Assembly: GCA_963749495.1 (NCBI GenBank)
Contig: CAVVMW010000023.1
Span: 256,001 to 320,000, forward strand
DNA: 64,000 bases
Reading direction: 5' to 3'
DNA from: an uncultured bacterium
GTDB lineage: Bacteria; Verrucomicrobiota; Verrucomicrobiia; Limisphaerales; UBA8199
The notes beneath the pieces were generated by a model. It searched no databases and was not told where the DNA came from. It worked only from the letters and a program-made list of their open reading frames with translations. Shown here one piece after another: positions 42,454 to 51,924 of this stretch; within the stretch, counting starts at the first letter, position 1; every line of letters begins with the position of its first letter. The translations under genes and the position numbers were made by a program.

Positions 42454-44916
42454 TTGTCCAACCCCTCCGCCTCAAATGAAGCCGCCCTCATCTGCCAGAT
42501 CCTTTTCCTCAAATTCGCCGAGCACTCCGTCACACCGCTTAGGCGCCAGCCTCTGCTCGCTGGAGCCGCTGCCGCAAGCGTCTCGCCATCCCACTTCTAC
42601 AGTGAATGTCTCGGACCCCGCATTGAGTCGTGGTTCGGGAACGCGCACAGCCCCAGGAGCGTCGACTCGAATCAGCTCTTCGAATTAACAACCGATCTGC
42701 TGAGCCGTTATACATTTGCCCTGGCGCCAACCGAAGGCGATACCTGCAACCCCTCCGTTGCACCGTGGATTCTTGGTTACATCTATGAACGCTGGATCAA
42801 CCAGCGCCCCACTGGAGCGTACTTCACTCCAGACCTCCTCGCCGAGAACATCGTCCACCACGCCCTCCAAGAATGGTTCACGATTCAGTTTGAAGTTCAA
42901 CACCTTGAGAGCATCCCCCTAGCACTTCTACGCTCGCACCGGGCTGGTCATCATCTGAGCCCCAGACAGATCGAGTCGCTCACGTGGATCGAGCAGAGGT
43001 TGCGCGCCCTACGCCTTATCGACATGAGCGTCGGTGGGGGGGCCTTCTTAGTTGCCGCCTCTAGGATCCTTATCCAGATCTACGCCGCCCTCCACGCAAT
43101 CAAAGGACGCCCAGATCGGCCTCAGCGGTACCGCGAGTGGCTGGCGCACATTTTCGCCAACACGATCCACGGACTCGACATTGCGCCCCAGGCTGTCCTC
43201 GTTGCGCGCCTACGCCTCTGGCTCCTCGACCTCGAGTTTGGCGTAGCCCAGACGCAGGGCGCAGCCAGCTTTCCGACACTCCCTCACCTGTCAGTCGGCG
43301 ATGCACTTGCCTGGGCACCACACCCGAACAACGCAATTGAGTTAGACCTTTTTCAACCGGCGTCAGTCCCCACACCTCTAGGCAAACTCGGCACTGCCGG
43401 CCAGCCACACTTTGACCTCTGCGTCGGCAACCCACCATTCATCGCGCTTAGCCAGGGCAACAGTGTTAAGACCAAATCAGAAACCATCCGGCTCTGGAAC
43501 GCTACCCATCCGACTCACCCGATCAAGACCACCTCCGACTTAAGCAACGTCTTCATTTTGAGCGGCACCGAACTTCTACGCCCGGATGGTGTTCTGGCCT
43601 TCATCACCTCGCGCAACTTTGTCGACACGAACTACGGCGCCCCCATTCGGAAGTATCTCACACACGAAGTCGAACTCCGGACTCTCTTCACATTACACGA
43701 TCACCCGTTTACACAGGAGGGGATCAAGGTCAAAGCCAACACCCTCATTCTTTGCGTCGCGCGGCGGAAACCGGAAGGACCCGTATCGTTCCAACACCTC
43801 ATGTCGTGGCAGCAGCCGCTCTCTTCAGACAACGGTTGCCGCATCGACCTCGCCGCTTTGCAGACCTCTGACAATTGGACTAGGACGCTCTTCCCGAATC
43901 CGGTGCGCGACATGCTAACAGCACGCTGCCCGAGGCGCGTTGGCGACTTCGCCACTGTTAAAATGGGCGTCAAGTCTGGCTGCAACACATTCTTTTTACT
44001 CGATGCTACTTCAGAAGCAGCCCGCTCACTCCATTGCTCTCCGGAGAGCTTGTCCGCCGTAGTCAAGAACTCCCGAGACATCAGCGGCTTCGTCCTGCCA
44101 AGGGAGACACAACACCGTTACTTCAACCTGCACCACGAGGTCCAACGTATTGCTGCCGGCTACGGTGGCGGCACGCTGCCTCCGCTCGCCAACTACATCT
44201 ACCAATACGGAATCCGTTACCCCTGCGAGACCTGCCAATCCCTTGCGGCCACACAGCACCGAAGCAAGCCCAACCTCTTCCCGCATGCGGGCATGTGCGA
44301 TAAATGCCCTGAATGCAGCGAAGGGCACCACCGATGCGACCGTCCCGCTGATCGGCTCTCCACGGAGGGACACCGGCCGTCCTGGTACACGTTGTCGCTG
44401 ACCACACCACCGCTAATTGCAGTTCAGTGCATCGTTGACACCGAGATCGGGGCTTTTCTCAACCAAGACCAAGTCCACGTGACCGACCAATTCCAGGTCA
44501 TCGAAGCCCCGGAGCCTGAGGAAATCGGCCAATTGCTGTTCGTGTATCTCAACAGCCGCATCTCACATTTGCTGCTGGAAGGATCAGGTTTGCATCGGGC
44601 TCGCTTCGATGGCAGCTTCATGCTGAAGATACAGGTCGAGCATCTCAGAGAACTACGCTGTCCCGACTTCAGGGCCCTCACCCCGCGCCAGAACCACCGC
44701 CTGTTTAAGCTGCGAAACCAGCTAGTCAGCGTGCGTAACCGGAAATCTCCGGAAGTCAAGGCCATCCGCGATCAGATAGACTGCGCCTTCCTGGACATCC
44801 TGAGCTACGGTGCACATGAGATCGACTCGCTCCAACCCAGGCTCCGTGCCTCCCTGGAAGAAGCTATCCGGTTTCGCTGGATTAAAACGAGAATGCGGCA
44901 AGCAAACATCGCGTGA
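42454..44916 (+). CDS. Amino (N6-adenine) DNA methyltransferase, gamma class/Eco57I-like; true start may be 42261 via a frameshift near 42423
   Basis: LGYIYE, GAYFTP, IDMSVGGGAFL (motif I), VGNPPF (motif IV), GVLAFITS, KMGVKSGCNTFF. Confidence 0.88.
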   Translation: MSNPSASNEAALICQILFLKFAEHSVTPLRRQPLLAGAAAASVSPSHFYSECLGPRIESWFGNAHSPRSVDSNQLFELTTDLLSRYTFALAPTEGDTCNPSVAPWILGYIYERWINQRPTGAYFTPDLLAENIVHHALQEWFTIQFEVQHLESIPLALLRSHRAGHHLSPRQIESLTWIEQRLRALRLIDMSVGGGAFLVAASRILIQIYAALHAIKGRPDRPQRYREWLAHIFANTIHGLDIAPQAVLVARLRLWLLDLEFGVAQTQGAASFPTLPHLSVGDALAWAPHPNNAIELDLFQPASVPTPLGKLGTAGQPHFDLCVGNPPFIALSQGNSVKTKSETIRLWNATHPTHPIKTTSDLSNVFILSGTELLRPDGVLAFITSRNFVDTNYGAPIRKYLTHEVELRTLFTLHDHPFTQEGIKVKANTLILCVARRKPEGPVSFQHLMSWQQPLSSDNGCRIDLAALQTSDNWTRTLFPNPVRDMLTARCPRRVGDFATVKMGVKSGCNTFFLLDATSEAARSLHCSPESLSAVVKNSRDISGFVLPRETQHRYFNLHHEVQRIAAGYGGGTLPPLANYIYQYGIRYPCETCQSLAATQHRSKPNLFPHAGMCDKCPECSEGHHRCDRPADRLSTEGHRPSWYTLSLTTPPLIAVQCIVDTEIGAFLNQDQVHVTDQFQVIEAPEPEEIGQLLFVYLNSRISHLLLEGSGLHRARFDGSFMLKIQVEHLRELRCPDFRALTPRQNHRLFKLRNQLVSVRNRKSPEVKAIRDQIDCAFLDILSYGAHEIDSLQPRLRASLEEAIRFRWIKTRMRQANIA

Positions 44917-44925
44917 CTGATTCTT

Positions 44926-45411
44926 ATGGAACTTAACCTCAACGAAATTCGCGACCTACTCCTCGAATACTTCGACGCTGGACGCTCAATTCCAATCGAG
45001 AACACACAGGAACGTCAGGGCAACAGCAAGCTTTGGGAGAAGGACCTTTATGATTTCTTCCGCGCCAAGGGTTACGAATTCGAACGCTACGACAGCAAAA
45101 CGCCGGATTTCGGTGACCCGTTCAATCTTGATGTAAAAACCCTCCGCTTCGATCGGAGCACAAAAACTTTCAGTGTGGCCCCGCTCACCCCTCAAGAAGC
45201 TTTGACGGGAGTGCTGCCGTATCGGATGGTCGTCCTTCTTTGGAGATACGATTCTGACACGGGCCGCGGCCACCCCGTCGGCGCGGTTCTCGTTCCAAAG
45301 GAAGCGAAAACTGTTTTAACGAACTGGAGCTATAAGGGCATCCAAGTCAAATCCGGGGTTTCCGAGACGCTAATTCGTGAGAAGGGCCTCCTCGCGGGCA
45401 AGAGACTATAG
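44926..45411 (+). CDS. Small putative PD-(D/E)xK restriction endonuclease
   Basis: E..L helix followed by TPDF...LDVKT; 9 nt downstream of the MTase. Confidence 0.6.
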   Translation: MELNLNEIRDLLLEYFDAGRSIPIENTQERQGNSKLWEKDLYDFFRAKGYEFERYDSKTPDFGDPFNLDVKTLRFDRSTKTFSVAPLTPQEALTGVLPYRMVVLLWRYDSDTGRGHPVGAVLVPKEAKTVLTNWSYKGIQVKSGVSETLIREKGLLAGKRL

Positions 45412-45487
45412 TCAAGGGGCCGTTCAGAAAACCCCTCAGCGATTGTTCCGGCCCACGACATCAGCCAAAAAAGGGTTTCGGCCAAAG

Positions 45488-46056
45488 CTATTTACACTCT
45501 TCATCCTCATTCCGCTTTAGCACCAGGCAATTGGAAACGTGCGTCCAGCTCCCCATCCTAACCCGGTGCGCAATCCATTTCAATGTCATCGTGCTCTCGC
45601 GCCGCAGCCGCCATGCTATCCGCACCTTCTGCGGGTCGCCCTTCCGCCGCCGCGCCAGCTCCTCCTCCGCCCAGCCCCGCCGCCGCAATTCCTCCTGCAC
45701 CAGCCGCTCCGCATGCAGTTCATCGGCCTCGCGCAACTCCGGCCCGTAATGGCCGCCCCGCCGCTCATGCATCTGCCTCAGCAGCTCCTCCTTCACATTT
45801 GTCGCCCAGACACCAGCCCCGCTCCACCGCCTTCCCCTCAGCCCTGGGAGTCTCCTGGCTGCGGCGCTGCTCCAGAGACCGCGAAAACTGTCTAGGCCCG
45901 GCCGGACTGTCCTTGGGAATACGCCATTCGCCCAGGAGCCGGTCCACGCGCAGCCAGATGTTTCCTTGACTTGAGGCTTTGAGGGTACTCCCCGTCACCC
46001 CGGCTCATGACGTGGCAGATGGGGCCCGGATACTGAACTCGGAGTTTGCGCGGCAT
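45488..46056 (-). pseudogene. Internally deleted Y1 (RAYT-like) transposase
   Basis: N-terminus MPRKLRVQYPGPICHVMSRGD joined to C-terminal WLRVDRLLGE...MTLKWIAHRVRMGSW; catalytic core absent, frameshifts. Confidence 0.8.
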
Positions 46057-46092
46057 GACCAGGACCATACGCCAGAGAGGAGTATTGTGTCA

Positions 46093-46146
46093 ATAGTTTT
46101 GACCGACCCCGTTCCGATCATAGTTTTGACCGACCCCGTTCCGATC
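46093..46146 (+). repeat. 27-bp perfect tandem duplication
   Basis: atagttttgaccgaccccgttccgatc x2. Confidence 0.95.
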
Positions 46147-46374
46147 AAACATCCGGCCATGGCTGGACGCGAGGATGAGGTGCGGGCGGCGCTGCAAACG
46201 CCGGAAGAGATTCGGCGTAGCAAAAGCAACGCGAACGTGTATCTTTTCTATCGCAGCCGACGCAACCGGCGTTGGGTCTGCGCCGTGAGCAAACAAGCGG
46301 GCCGGACCGGCTTTCTCATCACGGCGTATCCCACCGACGCCATCAAAGAAGGCGAACGAATATGGCCGAAGTGA
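46144..46374 (+). pseudogene. 5'-truncated DUF4258-like toxin
   Basis: IKHPAMAGRE...PEEIRRSKS...YLFY...GFLITAYPTD...IWPK; no credible start. Confidence 0.65.
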
Positions 46375-46580
46375 ATGTTTATTACGATCCGGCAGGCCGC
46401 ACGCTGACGGTGTGGTTTGGCCGTCCGCAGGCGGAATATGTCTGCGAAGAGACGGGCGAGGAAGTGGTCTTGATGAAGGACCGGAAGGGTCGCGTCATCG
46501 GTTTTGAGCGTCTGAATTATCCGGGCAAAGCCGCCCAGCCGGTGAGGATCGCGTTTGAGACAATTCCCCAGCCCGCATGA
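46362..46580 (+). CDS. DUF2283-like antitoxin
   Basis: VYYDPAGRTLTVWF...EVVLMKDRKGRVIGFE. Confidence 0.75.
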   Translation: MAEVNVYYDPAGRTLTVWFGRPQAEYVCEETGEEVVLMKDRKGRVIGFERLNYPGKAAQPVRIAFETIPQPA

Positions 46581-46599
46581 TGGCCGACAAAGTAAAACA

Positions 46600-47391
46600 A
46601 ACATCAAACGGCAGACGTTTTACGGACGAGAGAAGGACAACGCGATTTACCCCATCGCGCTCGCCAACCTCGTGCTGCACAACATTGACGAGCCGCACAT
46701 CTGGCACGGCAATACGCTCACGGGCGCGGAAACTTACGGCGGATTGTTTCAGGACGCGCCGCAACTCTATGACGTGGTGCTGATGAACCCGCCGTTTGGC
46801 GGCAAGGAAGGCAAGGACGCGCAGACGCGCTTCCCATACAAGACCGGCGCGACGCAAGTGCTGTTTCTGCAACACGTCATTGACAGCCTCAAACCGAGCG
46901 GGCGTTGCGGCATCGTGCTTGATGAAGGCGTTTTGTTCCGCACCAACGAGACGGCCTTTGTCCAAACCAAGCGCAAGCTGCTGGACGATTGCGACCTTTG
47001 GTGCATCGTGAGCCTGCCGGGCGGCGTGTTCACGGCGGCGGGGGCGGGCGTGAAAACCAATCTGCTTTTCTTCACCAAAGGCAAGCCGACGGAGAAGATT
47101 TGGTATTACGACCTGTCGGACATCAAGGTCGGCAAGAAAACGCCGTTCACCTTGAAGCACTTTGAGGACTTCTTCCGCCTGCTGCCCGACCGCGCCGACA
47201 GCGAACGCAGTTGGACCGTCATGCGCCAGCAAATCGAAGCCCTGAACTACGACCTGAAAGCCGTCAACCCGAACCGCAAGAGCACCGAGGATACCCGCAC
47301 GCCGGAGGAATTGCTCGCGGTCATCGAATCCAAGGGGTGCGAGGTTGCCGCCGCCCTTGCTGCGCTGCGTGATGGAAGCACCAGACCTTGA
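46600..47391 (+). pseudogene. hsdM: C-terminal half of a type I R-M methyltransferase subunit
   Basis: FYGREK, HGNTL, MNPPFGG, IVLDEGVLF, SLPGGVF...GVKTNLLFF; motif I and N-domain missing; no hsdS/hsdR nearby. Confidence 0.85.
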
Positions 47392-47457
47392 CGACATCCA
47401 CCGCTGTAACTATTCAGCCCGCGCACTGGGGCCCGAAAGGGCGCCGGGAGGTTTGCA

Positions 47458-47622
47458 CAGGGTCGTCCCATTCCCCCTCACCCTGACCCTCTCCCCAGGG
47501 AGAGGGAACAGCGAAGGCCGACAGTCGTTAATCCCGACGCCGTTGGTTTCGTCAACAGACTGGCGGAAGTTCCCCCTCTCCCTGGGGAGAGGGCCGGGGT
47601 GAGGGGGAATGTGGTGGCCCTT
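47458..47622. repeat. REP-C inverted doublet
   Basis: ccctcaccctgaccctctccccagggagaggg ... ccctctccctggggagagggccggggtgaggg. Confidence 0.8.
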
Positions 47623-47828
47623 GTTCAGGCCAATCTCGGTAAATAGTTGTCAATACCACCAACCGACCCCTGCCAGGCTTCACGCCAGGAAAGAGCGAAC
47701 CATGCCATGGCTGACCCTTTTCTTTGTGTGGCAGGCCCTGTTTTGCATTGACGCCAGAGGGTTGGTTCTGATAGTGATTTGAAGTCGAGACCGTAAAAAC
47801 CAATAGAAACCACTGATACCAAAAATAA

Positions 47829-49238
47829 ATGAGTATGAAACACATCCCAATACAACCCTATTGTCTGCTATCTTGCGTGGCGGCGGCGGCCATTCTGGCC
47901 TTTGCCAGCGCGTCTGCCCGGGCCAGTCTGCTGGCTTATGAAGGGTTCAATCCCCCTCCTGCAGTCACGACAAACATTGATGGCATTGCCACAGGCACAG
48001 GCTTTGCCGGGCCCTGGACCAACTCCGCTGGAGATGATATTGCCCACGGCGCCCTGATTAATTGCACGGCGAACAACAACTTCCTCGCTTTTCCAGCTAA
48101 CGTCTATTTTCCAGGGCCAGCCGGTGGCATGGCTCAGAATGGTGATGGTTGGGCGTCGGGAGTTGTGGTTCGTCCCTTGAGCATGCCCATCGACCTCTCT
48201 GCCGATGGCGTCTATTATATCAGTTGGCTCAATACCTACGGCCCGCCCCCCCCGAGCGCGGCGCGCAATTATGACGCCCGTGTTTATATTGGACGTGAGC
48301 CTAACGCGGCGACGGGGGAGCCTGGGCTGCGAATCATGAGCGGCGTGAGTTACGATGTTGACGGTGCCGCGTCAAACGAACTAGCTATTACCGTAAACCC
48401 TGGCGCCACCAACATTACCTGGTGGGAATATTGGCCGCATGGTAGCTTCGGCAGCTCAGGTCAGCAGACCGGCTATTATATGTGTGTGGCGCAAATCCAA
48501 ACCTACGCGGCGGGCGGAGACACGGTGAACCTGCGGGCCTATATTTATACTCCCGGCGGTACAAATCAGGTGGACACTGATCCTGCCAATGTTGTTTGGG
48601 ATGTTACCTATACAGACAATATTGGGACCATGACCGGTTTGGCCGATCACCTCGGCTTGGCCATCACCGGCGCCGCACTGCCCTCCATCGGTGAAATCCG
48701 GCTGGGCACAACTTGGTCAGACGTCGTTGATACCACTGTGCCGGCAACCATAGCGTTTTTATCTCAGCCGGTCAGCCAGGCCGTCGCCATAACAGATTCG
48801 GCGCATTTCAGCGTTGTAATGGCCGGCGGATCGGGATCGCCCACCTACCAGTGGCAGAAGCAGGTGAACGGCACGTTCGTCAATCTCTCCGACGGTGGAA
48901 ACATCTCGGGTTCGACCACCTCTCAACTGACGATTACGAATGTGCAACCCTCCGATGCGACGAATTACTTGGTTCGGGTTAATAATACCACCAACAGCGC
49001 CGTGGCCAGCCTGACCGTGGTGGGCAATCCGCAAACCAGCATAGAGCTTCATGCGGCGATTGTTATTAACGGCGTGGTTGGCTTCCACTATCAGGTCCAA
49101 TATAGTTCGGCCTTGACGGGTGGGACCTGGCAATTGCTGCAAGACATCCCGTCGCTACCGACAACGCCATACCTCGTCTATGATCCGACGGCCGCCACCT
49201 ATGCAAGCCGTTTCTATCGGGCAGTGATTGTGCCCTGA
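47829..49238 (+). CDS. Secreted protein with an Ig-like domain and a C-terminal RFYR domain
   Basis: Signal peptide, LLAYEGF, IGEIRLGTTWSDV, QPVSQ...YQWQK...SQLTI Ig domain, RFYRAVIVP end. Confidence 0.85.
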   Translation: MSMKHIPIQPYCLLSCVAAAAILAFASASARASLLAYEGFNPPPAVTTNIDGIATGTGFAGPWTNSAGDDIAHGALINCTANNNFLAFPANVYFPGPAGGMAQNGDGWASGVVVRPLSMPIDLSADGVYYISWLNTYGPPPPSAARNYDARVYIGREPNAATGEPGLRIMSGVSYDVDGAASNELAITVNPGATNITWWEYWPHGSFGSSGQQTGYYMCVAQIQTYAAGGDTVNLRAYIYTPGGTNQVDTDPANVVWDVTYTDNIGTMTGLADHLGLAITGAALPSIGEIRLGTTWSDVVDTTVPATIAFLSQPVSQAVAITDSAHFSVVMAGGSGSPTYQWQKQVNGTFVNLSDGGNISGSTTSQLTITNVQPSDATNYLVRVNNTTNSAVASLTVVGNPQTSIELHAAIVINGVVGFHYQVQYSSALTGGTWQLLQDIPSLPTTPYLVYDPTAATYASRFYRAVIVP

Positions 49239-49247
49239 ATCTCGCGC

Positions 49248-49280
49248 GGCCAGGAGAGAGACTCTCTCCTGGTCGCCTTT
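49248..49280 (+). terminator. Hairpin after the secreted-protein gene
   Basis: ccaggagagag-a-ctctctcctgg inverted repeat; weak U tract. Confidence 0.4.
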
Positions 49281-49717
49281 CCTCTCGGTCGCGAGCCAGC
49301 TTTGTTCAAGCTGGAAAGTTGGCCCCCTCAGCAGAATCTTCCAAGTAACTTCTGTTGTTGAGCAGCTCTCCCGCTAGCCTTCCACCTTCTCGAGCGTGCG
49401 TTTTCTAAATAGCTCGCCCTCCAAACACCGGTTGCGCCGAAAGACCTAAAGCGCCTCGTCGTCAGCCTCTTCGAGCCGCGGCGCTTCAATCCACGTGTCA
49501 AACTCCTGCCGCCCGGCCGGCTTTCGGGCGCTGGCTGGCATCCCCCTACCCGTCCTGCTGCGCCGGGACGCGCGGGCCCCCACCCCGGGGCTTGGGTTTG
49601 CGACCCCGAGATGGACATCGGACGGAGTCCATCAGCCGCCCCCCCGCATCCCAACAAAATTGCCCGTCTGCACTCTGTCAATGGCCGCGTACTGCAGGGC
49701 GCAGGACGGGATTCCTC

Positions 49718-49772
49718 GCTGCCGCCTAAGGGCGGCGTTGCGCAGCCAAGCGGAACGCCGCATTTATGCGGC
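49718..49772. repeat. Short REP-like doublet, family F
   Basis: gccgcctaagggcggcgtt ... aacgccgcatttatgcggc. Confidence 0.55.
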
Positions 49773-49861
49773 TGGATTGCGCGCAGGAAGAAGTCTGCCG
49801 TGCGCCCATGAAAGGAAACGCACCGTGTCAGGGGTTGATTCAGCGTTCCTGCGAACCTTCG

Positions 49862-51599
49862 TTACTCTTTTATCAGGCGGAAGAAGGTTTTTGCGCCCAT
49901 GGCCGGGTAATTGGTCACACTGACCAGGCCGTTGGTCGAGGCATGGCCTTGAGTCCAAGTGGCGCCATCGGTATTGAGGAGGTCCTGCCACGTGCCACCC
50001 GACAAGGCCGTGTTGGCTTGCAGGTGAACGCCCGGGCGGCCCAGCCACGAGATCGCCACACTGCCCGCGGAGGCAGGACCCGCGCTGAGCAGGCCGAATG
50101 ACGGCTCGACCAGTTGCGCGCCGAAGGTGTCGCGCGGCAGGGTGTAGGCGCCGGTGGTCCGGACGAAGCGGACATGGTTGCTGTTCGGGGGGGCTTCGTC
50201 ATCGTTGCCGTTGATGCCGTACTTATAGGTCTGCTGCACGGGACTGCCCTTGGGCAGCAAGAGGTCAATGGAATAAACCGAGCCTGCCCACGGGGTTGTT
50301 GGTGAGCATCGGCAGGGAGGCATCCCAAGTCGCGAAGCCATTGGGCGCCCCGTTGATGAAGACCTGATCGCTGGCTGGGGCGAAGGCGTGGGCGTCCGTC
50401 CCGACAGCCTGGGCCATGTCGACGCTAAAGCTCACCACCGTGTCCGCAGGGAGGAAGTCGGCCGGGTCCTGGTTGCTGAAAAAGACGACAGGCAGGGTTT
50501 GGGCAGTGCCGCGAACGATGGCCACGGTCCGATTGTCGGCCATGGTTTCCCAGCCGCTGTTAGCCGACACACTCGCCCAGAATTTATACTGCTCTTCAAC
50601 GCCCACGCCGTCCGTGATGGTGACCACGGCACGGTAGATGTTGGTGTTTGGGTCCGCGGGATTATTCGTGCAAAGGATTTGGGGAGTGCCCCAACTGTTG
50701 AAATTGCCGCGCACCTCGACGGTTCCCGTGCCGGGGTCAAAATTGCCCAGCGTGATCTGCGCGGTCATGTCCACCTGGAAAGTGATGATGTTGGTGGCGA
50801 CTGGGGCATAGGGAGCATCGTTGAAGAACAAGATGGGCAGGCTTTGCGTGGCGCCCGAGCCCAGGTTGAAAAAGCGATTGTTGTTGTCGGCGGGGTCGCC
50901 GGTCCCCGGCGCGGGGCTCTCCCAGTTGCTGCCGGTATCGATATAGTACTTGAAATCGGTTGTCTGCCCGGGCGAACCGGTGACGTCGACCGTGTACACA
51001 TAGACATCCGAGGTCACCAACCCAAACTGGTTGGTCCGCAGAATGGCCGGGTCATTGGTCATCGGAGCGACTTGGCCCCAGCCATTGAATAACCCGCGAG
51101 TATAGACCGACGAGGAATTCGTGTTAAATGCCCCGGTGTTGATCTGCTGGGCCATGTCCACCTGGAATGTCACCGACACGGTAACGGGATTTGGGGTCGA
51201 ATCCCCGAAATAGACTTGGGGCAGCATGAGGCTGGAGCCGTCGGCGGCAGGAAGGGTCACTAGGCGGTCATGATTGGCGCCCTCGGCGACAACCTCGTAG
51301 GTGGCGCCGGGCTCAATCGTGTATCGGTAGCTCATGACCGTTCCGTTGCCGGGAATATTGGTCGTGCCGGTCCAAAGATTGGGATTGGCGCCGTGGGGAT
51401 TGTTGGTCAGGGCGAAGGCGCTCCGCCCATTGAAGGTTCCCCGGGCCGCCACCGTCTGGGAGTTCGAGTCGAAGGCCGCGTTGCTCATATCGACCTGGAA
51501 GGTGACCAGGACATTTGCCGAGGCCGCCCAGCCGGCACAAAGCAGCAGCGCGAGGCCCAGCCCGCGTTGATACGTGTGGAGTATTCTCTCAGGATTCAT
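49862..51599 (-). CDS. Secreted protein with four CBM20-like (VTFQVDM) repeats, frameshift near 50285
   Basis: Signal peptide; VTFQVDM x2, ITFQVDM and VSFSVDM, each followed by a G-x-x-N motif and YKY/YKF-type strands; ends TFFRLIKE. Confidence 0.8.
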
Positions 51600-51678
51600 G
51601 GGAAGGTTCGATTCAGGTTCACCAGTGAACGTACTGAATCGGTTGGGGCATGTCAACCCAGATCCTCACCCCCAGTAA

Positions 51679-51895
51679 GCGGTCAGTCAAGGCGGAGAGG
51701 GGGTGCCCGGGCCGACCCCTCACCCCAACCCTCTCCCCGTCCGACGGGGAGAGGGAGAGGCCTCGGCAGTCTCGCGCGATCCCTGGCGTCTGCGCTTTCT
51801 CAAAGCGCCACCGAGAATCCTCCCTCTCCCCTTCCGAAGGGGAGAGGGCCGGGGTGAGGGGTCCGCTCCGTGACGCTCCCGCCTTCACTGAGGCC
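51679..51895. mobile_element. MITE family C carrying a REP-C doublet
   Basis: Ends gcggtcagtcaaggcgg / ccgccttcactgaggcc, flanked by taa / tca; inverted copy at 62428. Confidence 0.7.
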
Positions 51896-51924
51896 TCACC
51901 CCCCGAATCCTCGGGTTTATGGGT

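Noticed and set aside
46600..47391. Functional type I R-M system
   Set aside because: hsdM lacks its N-terminal half; no hsdR or hsdS in the window
49320..49410. Possible hsdS C-terminal remnant (LLERAFSK)
   Set aside because: Too short and broken to support
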